From IMG/VR virus record IMGVR_UViG_2925639251_000002: 64,000 bases of DNA. One strand, 5' to 3'. Below, in pieces: positions 58,760-64,000 of this stretch. Position numbers and translations under genes: made by a program. The DNA is from a virus. Numbering within the stretch: the first letter of the stretch is position 1; each line of letters starts with the position of its first letter. The notes under the pieces were generated by a model. It did no database searches and had not been told where the DNA came from. It saw only the letters and a list, made by a program, of their open reading frames with translations.

Positions 58760-59090
58760 ATTCCTGTAGGATACAAATTCATTAAATAGGGGTTTACAAA
58801 GTAATGAGTAAGGTGCTATATTGGACTTGTGATATTCCTGTAGGAATATTTTGAGGAGGTGAGAATATTGGATAGTAACATCATTTTCGGTGAGAAAATT
58901 AAAGAAATACGTAAAGATAAAAATATGTCTTTCAATGAATTTGCCGATTTAACAGGGTTTACGAGCTCTTATATTTATAAGTTAGAGAATGGAAAAGGTA
59001 ATCCTACACTAAAAAGCATTAATCAGTTCTGCGAAAAATTAAATGTTCCTGTGAGGTATTTTTTTTGAGAATAAAGTTTCCTGTAGGAAT
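58760..59090. promoter_or_regulatory. Three palindromic operators ATTCCT-GT-AGGAAT
   Basis: 58760-58773, 58832-58849 (perfect 8+2+8), 59077-59090. Confidence 0.8.
58859..59068 (+). CDS. Cro-like XRE HTH protein
   Basis: MSFNEFADLTGFTSSYIYKLENGKGNPT. Confidence 0.85.
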   Translation: MRILDSNIIFGEKIKEIRKDKNMSFNEFADLTGFTSSYIYKLENGKGNPTLKSINQFCEKLNVPVRYFF

Positions 59091-59110
59091 ATTTTAAGGA
59101 GGGACAATTT

Positions 59111-59440
59111 TTGAAAATAGAACTTGAACAATCAGATATCGAAAGGATTACAAACAACGTTATAGCAAATGTTAGTGCTGCTTTAATTCCTAAAATTCAA
59201 GAAATGATATCGGTTTTGTCTTCCCAAGATCAACTTCTTACTAAAAAAGAAGTGTATGAGGGAATCTTGAAGTGTACGGCGAGGACTGCTGAGGAATTAT
59301 ATTTCAGTCAGCCGGACTTTCCCATATTTGAATTGCCAGCTCGACCTGGCTCAGCCAAAACACAGATGAGGTTTTCACGGCGAGCAGTCGAGGCATGGAT
59401 CGCTCAAAAAAATTGCACTAGGTCTGAAAGGATTGGTTGA
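59111..59440 (+). CDS. Excisionase-like DNA-binding protein
   Basis: LLTKKEV...FP...RFSRRAVEAWI winged-helix pattern. Confidence 0.6.
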   Translation: MKIELEQSDIERITNNVIANVSAALIPKIQEMISVLSSQDQLLTKKEVYEGILKCTARTAEELYFSQPDFPIFELPARPGSAKTQMRFSRRAVEAWIAQKNCTRSERIG

Positions 59441-59497
59441 TTAATTACCTTCTGATAAACATTTCTATTAATGAATACTTAGAGGGAGCGTAACATA

Positions 59498-59653
59498 ATG
59501 CAGATTAAACATAGTGATTCAACCTCTGCTGCAACAGAGGTTGAAGTAATGAAGATCTGTTGTTTATGCAATGGAATTGGAACAGTTGAGCTAAAGAAAA
59601 ATGTTTTTATTTGTGATGACTGTACTCTTATAGAGGGTGAGTTGGAAGCTTAA
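59498..59653 (+). CDS. Small Zn-finger-like protein (51 aa), not in the ORF track
   Basis: GAGGGAG RBS; CCLC...CDDC. Confidence 0.5.
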   Translation: MQIKHSDSTSAATEVEVMKICCLCNGIGTVELKKNVFICDDCTLIEGELEA

Positions 59654-60276
59654 ACACTTTTCCAGGTTGCACAGAATGCTGCAGCATCACCATTAAGAGC
59701 AATTAACAAATCCTCAGTTAGCGGCTTTTCTTCAAAAAATTTTCCCCTAACTGGATTCCAGATCGCGTTAATTGCACCATCGGGTGGAGAATAATTCTTT
59801 TGAGAAGCACTCATAAGAGCTAATGCGGTTTCTGCTTTTCTTTTATCAATTTTTTTATCACCTTTTCTGCCATCTATTTTTAGAAGGTAGGGGACACCAT
59901 TAATTTTCAAACCCAGATTAGGAGTGGACTTTACATACAATTCGTCCTGATAAATCCAGTGGGATTTTCCAGTTTCAAATAATTCTAGCTTTTTGTTTTT
60001 AAAATGAGTGATGTGGTTATTGATTGCAATTAGGTAATTTCTACGTTTAGATTCCTCCTGGAACCTTAAAGGGATGTTATGGAATTCTTCCAGGCTAATT
60101 ATACCTTTATGAAATTTGATTATTCCGTCTCGTAATTGTTTCCAATAATCAATTCCAGGGCTGTAACCTTCCTCAATCTGTTTTTTTATTTTTCTTATGC
60201 AATTAGTGCGTGCTGAACCTGTTTGCGTAAAGGTGAATTGAATAAAACTAGACAAAGGTATCGAAATTTCTGACAT
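59650..60276 (-). CDS. Hypothetical moron protein opposite to the lytic operon
   Basis: 208 aa with its own AGGGGG RBS. Confidence 0.75.
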   Translation of the reverse strand: MSEISIPLSSFIQFTFTQTGSARTNCIRKIKKQIEEGYSPGIDYWKQLRDGIIKFHKGIISLEEFHNIPLRFQEESKRRNYLIAINNHITHFKNKKLELFETGKSHWIYQDELYVKSTPNLGLKINGVPYLLKIDGRKGDKKIDKRKAETALALMSASQKNYSPPDGAINAIWNPVRGKFFEEKPLTEDLLIALNGDAAAFCATWKSV

Positions 60277-60315
60277 TTTTGATTCCCCCTTTTCTTATAG
60301 GAACATTATACCAGA

Positions 60316-60552
60316 ATGGAAGGGAGTTTCCATATGTTTTTAGTAAGTTACATCTGGCTTGAAAATAAGTTTCATGTCGTAATAAGCGAGTCAGCATCTT
60401 TTCACAACAAAGCGTTAACTGAATTGAAAATTAAAGGTGGATCTTTAATATCCAGTGATTGTTATGAGAACAGACTCGGCACTGTAATAGTAAACGGCAA
60501 GCGCTCTGTGTGGCCTTTAACAAAGTCAGAAGGAGCTGATTTGGATGTCTGA
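60316..60552 (+). CDS. Small phage protein
   Basis: ORF overlapping the initiator start. Confidence 0.55.
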   Translation: MEGSFHMFLVSYIWLENKFHVVISESASFHNKALTELKIKGGSLISSDCYENRLGTVIVNGKRSVWPLTKSEGADLDV

Positions 60553-61444
60553 GGTAAAGTGGATCAAGTTAAGCACTCAGATGTTTGAGGACGAAAAAAT
60601 TAAGTTGATAGAGCAGATGCCTGAATCAGATACGATTTTAATTATTTGGGTTAAATTACTTTCTCAAGCTGGCAAAACCAATGCTTCTGGATACATTTAC
60701 TTAAGTGAAAACATCCCTTATACAGAAGAAATGCTTGCAGCTATTTTTGCACGCCCTTTAGGTACAGTAAGGCTCGCGCTGAAAACATTTAGACAATTTG
60801 GAATGATTGACATTACTGATGACAATTTCATTTCAATTTCAAATTGGGAGAAGTATCAAAACCTCGACAGGTTGGAAGAAATCAGGGAGCAAAACAGGAT
60901 AAGAAAGCAGCGACAAAGGGCTAAGCAAAAGCTTTTATCTGTTGATAAAAGTATGTCACGTGACGTCACGGAAGAAGTCACGTCGAGTCACGCAATAGAT
61001 ATAGATAAAGAATTAGATATAGATAAAGAATTAGATATAGATAAAGAAAAAGATAAAGATATATTGTCTGGTAAACCAGACGGTGCAGCATCCTCTTCAA
61101 AAGTAGAAATAGAGGAGATTCCATACAAACTAATCATTGATCTGTTGAACAAAGTAGCGGGTAAACGATACCGGCATACTACACCTAAAACAAAAAAAGA
61201 CATCAAGGCACGCTGGAACGAAGGTTTTCGCTTTGAAGATTTTAAACATGTCATTCTAGTAAAAACTGAGGAATGGCTTAATGATCCTGCTATGAATAGG
61301 TTTTTACGTCCTGAAACATTGTTTGGCACAAAGTTCGAGTCTTATCTAAACCAAAAAGGAGGCTTATCACATGGAGGAAATCACAAGGGAGCGGGCAGCC
61401 GCAGTCAAGGGCGAAATATCTCGGAGGATGACATTCCATACTGA
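60545..61444 (+). CDS. Phage replication initiator (replisome organiser N-terminus, conserved phage C-terminus)
   Basis: WIKLSTQMFEDEKIK; LRPETLFGTKFESYLNQ. Confidence 0.9.
   Translation: MSEVKWIKLSTQMFEDEKIKLIEQMPESDTILIIWVKLLSQAGKTNASGYIYLSENIPYTEEMLAAIFARPLGTVRLALKTFRQFGMIDITDDNFISISNWEKYQNLDRLEEIREQNRIRKQRQRAKQKLLSVDKSMSRDVTEEVTSSHAIDIDKELDIDKELDIDKEKDKDILSGKPDGAASSSKVEIEEIPYKLIIDLLNKVAGKRYRHTTPKTKKDIKARWNEGFRFEDFKHVILVKTEEWLNDPAMNRFLRPETLFGTKFESYLNQKGGLSHGGNHKGAGSRSQGRNISEDDIPY
60955..61060 (+). repeat. Probable origin iterons within the initiator gene
   Basis: GTCACG x4 (60955-60992); 18-bp AGATATAGATAAAGAATT tandem x3 (60997-61050). Confidence 0.75.
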
Positions 61445-62258
61445 TGAGGCTGGAAATCCTGTCTACTGCAATAAACACACAAGAATTATCGGCGGCGAAG
61501 AAAAGCCTTATCCAGTTCAACTGATGCAGCTGCGAGACGGCTCAGTAAAATGCCCGATGTGTGAAAGGGAACAGCGAAATAAGGAGATCGAAAAAGAAGC
61601 TGAGGCGTGGCGCCGGCAGGTAGAGAGAAAGGTTCTTTCTACAGATTCACTTATCGCTGATCCTACTCTGATAAATGCAACATTCGAAACCTTTCAATGT
61701 TACAACAAAGAGGATACACAGAACAAACGCCGGATGCTTGAACTGATTGATCAGATTAAAGCGGGCGCAGTCATGAATATATTTTTAACTGGTGAGTCAA
61801 ATGCCGGGAAGAGTCACTTGGCAATATCAGTTCTTAAAGAACTGAACAAAAAGAGTTCAGAAGAGTACGCAAAATCAGCTCTTTTTGTTAATAGTGACGC
61901 ACTCATGCGGCGTATTAAAAATTCTTTCAAAGATGATTCTGAAAAACTTACGGAGTCCAAGGCAATAGAGCTGCTTACAAGAGTCGATTACCTTGTTATT
62001 GACGACTTAGGGAGCGAAGTGGGCGACACAGATAATGAGAACAGGGCGGCACCTGATTTCATTTCAAGAGTTTGGTATGGAGTCTCTACTGGCAGACAAG
62101 GCAAGGTGACTATTGTAACAACAAACCTCACAGGAGTTGCTTTAGCAAAGCTATATGACAGAAAGACTGTCAACCGCCTTACAGCTCATCTTGAACAAAT
62201 TGATTTTGTTGAGAAGCAAAAGAACAAAGGACGTAAGACACCGGCTTTGCCGATTTAA
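61371..62258 (+). CDS. DnaC/IstB-like helicase loader ATPase
   Basis: GESNAGKSHLA Walker A; LVIDDLGSE; IVTTN. Confidence 0.9.
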   Translation: MEEITRERAAAVKGEISRRMTFHTDEAGNPVYCNKHTRIIGGEEKPYPVQLMQLRDGSVKCPMCEREQRNKEIEKEAEAWRRQVERKVLSTDSLIADPTLINATFETFQCYNKEDTQNKRRMLELIDQIKAGAVMNIFLTGESNAGKSHLAISVLKELNKKSSEEYAKSALFVNSDALMRRIKNSFKDDSEKLTESKAIELLTRVDYLVIDDLGSEVGDTDNENRAAPDFISRVWYGVSTGRQGKVTIVTTNLTGVALAKLYDRKTVNRLTAHLEQIDFVEKQKNKGRKTPALPI

Positions 62259-62554
62259 GGGAGTGAGACAAGTGGTACAAGCAGTGATGCCCGGCGTTTG
62301 GGAGTTTAAATCAGAACGGAAGCTTACTGACGCTGAACGAAAAAAAGAGATTAATAAACTTATTGCTCTCATTGATCAGAAAATTGCTGACTATAGGAGG
62401 GATGCAGTGTGAAACACGGTAAACGCCCAACACGGGCGCAAAAGGACATTATCAAGCAAAACGGTTTAAATCCAAATAACTGGTTGGTTTCTAAAAACCT
62501 GCAGCATGAACAGAGATTGATCATTGTTCACCGTTATACCGGTACGGTAAGGAA

Positions 62555-63112
62555 GTGTTTGGCATGAGCGTTGCAGTTCTTGCTGATCGTTTAGAAATCG
62601 TATTGACTGACCTTAATTTTGAATGGTCATTGGTGCAAATGTGTCAAGTGGTTGATTACTGGTATGACGGCAAATCCATTTATGACATGGCCGAACTGCT
62701 GAATAGAAAGCCGGATGAAATCATTTTGCTCATTGTTGACTTTGCAAGAGGACGCGTACTTCCGCCACGTCCTTATGGGTTAAATGCAAATAAACGAATT
62801 TCAATCAAGAGAACGCATCTAAAAGGTAAAAAAGATAATCTGCGGCGGTTCGTGCAGGATAGCCCGGTGTATATCCCATTCATCGAAAAAAACTTTGTCT
62901 GGAATGATTCAGAGATCAGGCGGTTCCGTGAAATGTGGGAAGCCAATCATTCTATTATCTGTATTTCAGAGCAGCTTAATAGAGACATAGACGAAGTTCT
63001 ATTCCTTGTTATGGATCAAGCCAGCAGGGACTTCATTCAGCCACGAATGAACGGACTTCTCGGAAAGGATGCGACGGAACATGATCTTATCAGACAGCGC
63101 CTCCCCTTTTAA
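62555..63112 (+). CDS. Phage HTH-repeat protein
   Basis: Two internal repeats (W..G.SI..MAE.LNR..DE). Confidence 0.65.
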   Translation: MFGMSVAVLADRLEIVLTDLNFEWSLVQMCQVVDYWYDGKSIYDMAELLNRKPDEIILLIVDFARGRVLPPRPYGLNANKRISIKRTHLKGKKDNLRRFVQDSPVYIPFIEKNFVWNDSEIRRFREMWEANHSIICISEQLNRDIDEVLFLVMDQASRDFIQPRMNGLLGKDATEHDLIRQRLPF

Positions 63113-63555
63113 AAAAGCAACCATTCACCAACTTATGGTCATTGTGCGGTATGAAGAATGTCCGCCTGACTATAAAAATGCTGCGATGCAATTATTGATC
63201 AAGAAGGGAGCGGGGACCGTTGGAATGGACAGAACGTCAGCACTTGATTGAGTGGCTCGCTATCTTGGGCGGATACGGAAAAGCATTTCTGGAACGCCAG
63301 TCAGACGATGAAATTGAGACACTTTACAATCTACGCATCAAACAATTAAACGAAGAGTAAGGAGGCGAGGACATGACAGAAAATAAGAACTTACGTCAGC
63401 ATGGAGAAGTCATTACATGGGTTATGACGGAAGAGGAGCGTTTGGAGTATATAAAAAAACATCCAATCATCCCAACGGAAGAACCACAGACAAAGCTGCA
63501 AGTTTTCCCGATGAACGATTGGATGTGATGACAGTCATTAGTAGACGTCACCCGT

Positions 63556-63804
63556 ATGGAAAATAGAAACTCGACACTTCTATTATACCATATGGGGGCG
63601 TTTACAGTGAACTGTCCAAAACATATAGAAAATCTGGACCAGGTACTTAATCAAATTGAAAATGACAAAAATTACGTCATTGTGATTGACGGAAACAATA
63701 GATCATTCAAATTAACGGAAATGCCGGAGCACGGTAAAACAATCGTACAAACGTCAAAAGGTAATCTCTCCAGAATTGATTTTGAGATCGGCTATAAAAT
63801 GTGA
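63556..63804 (+). CDS. XtrA/YqaO-family protein
   Basis: VIVIDGN...PEHGKTIVQTSKGNLSRIDFEIGYK. Confidence 0.7.
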   Translation: MENRNSTLLLYHMGAFTVNCPKHIENLDQVLNQIENDKNYVIVIDGNNRSFKLTEMPEHGKTIVQTSKGNLSRIDFEIGYKM

Positions 63805-64000
63805 CGCAGAGGGGCTGGTCCTCTCTGCGATATGGGAGGAACGGACATGGATAAATTACAGGAAATTAAAGCGCGTATTTCAAAACTAAAAGGCTATGAA
63901 AATGCTAAGCTGACAGATCAATATTGGATGGCCAAAGAGCATATTGACTTTCTGATTGATCGGACTGAACTGTCTGTTAAGCAACAGGAAATCATTGAGG

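Larger units (their letters stand above)
55200..64000. mobile_element. Second prophage (phi105-like), left end, inserted downstream of glnA
   Basis: Integrase, arbitrium module, cI/cro, initiator, helicase loader; GC drops after glnA. Confidence 0.9.

Noticed and set aside
60997-61060. Tandem 18-bp repeats as a possible CRISPR array
   Set aside because: No spacers, inside a coding sequence, no cas genes; better explained as origin repeats
1-64000. tRNA, rRNA, IS elements, retrons or CRISPR-Cas
   Set aside because: No cloverleaf, transposase, reverse transcriptase or repeat-spacer array recognised by eye; a tRNAscan/Infernal run would be needed to exclude small RNAs

Overview
Bacillus subtilis-group chromosome segment with two prophages separated by about 5 kb of host DNA. 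(1) 1-~50145: right part of an SPbeta-like prophage, running from the yopR/mrpR repressor through the yop/yoq/yor/yos/yot blocks. It carries ligB and a SRAP protein; helicase, primase, RecJ and DnaE; nrdIEF with two group I introns, one HNH homing endonuclease and no intein; thioredoxin, dUTPase, ThyA, DHFR, sspC and RecU. It ends in a large serine recombinase whose att junction splits the host spoVK gene. (2) ~50146-55190: host 'spoVK, hflX, ynbB, glnR, glnA. (3) ~55200-64000: left end of a second, phi105-like prophage with a tyrosine integrase, an AimR/AimP arbitrium module (DPPVGM), a cI/cro switch and replication genes. Most striking observations: (a) two tiny ORFs with strong ribosome-binding sites and no signal peptide flank sspC and encode arbitrium-type peptides, MPVVLY-GFGRGA and M-TIGRGG, which could be cytoplasmic arbitrium signals or mimics; (b) at least 19 perfect TAAAA-N6-TTTTA motifs sit at accessory-gene junctions; (c) a candidate aimX promoter combines a 37-bp inverted repeat with a LexA box; (d) the recombinase ORF takes its stop codon from host spoVK sequence; (e) a HEPN-motif gene occupies the mtbP slot; (f) several ORFs appear to start at ATT/ATC/ATA. 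Gene names and family assignments come from recall of the SPbeta and B. subtilis proteins; no database searches were run.
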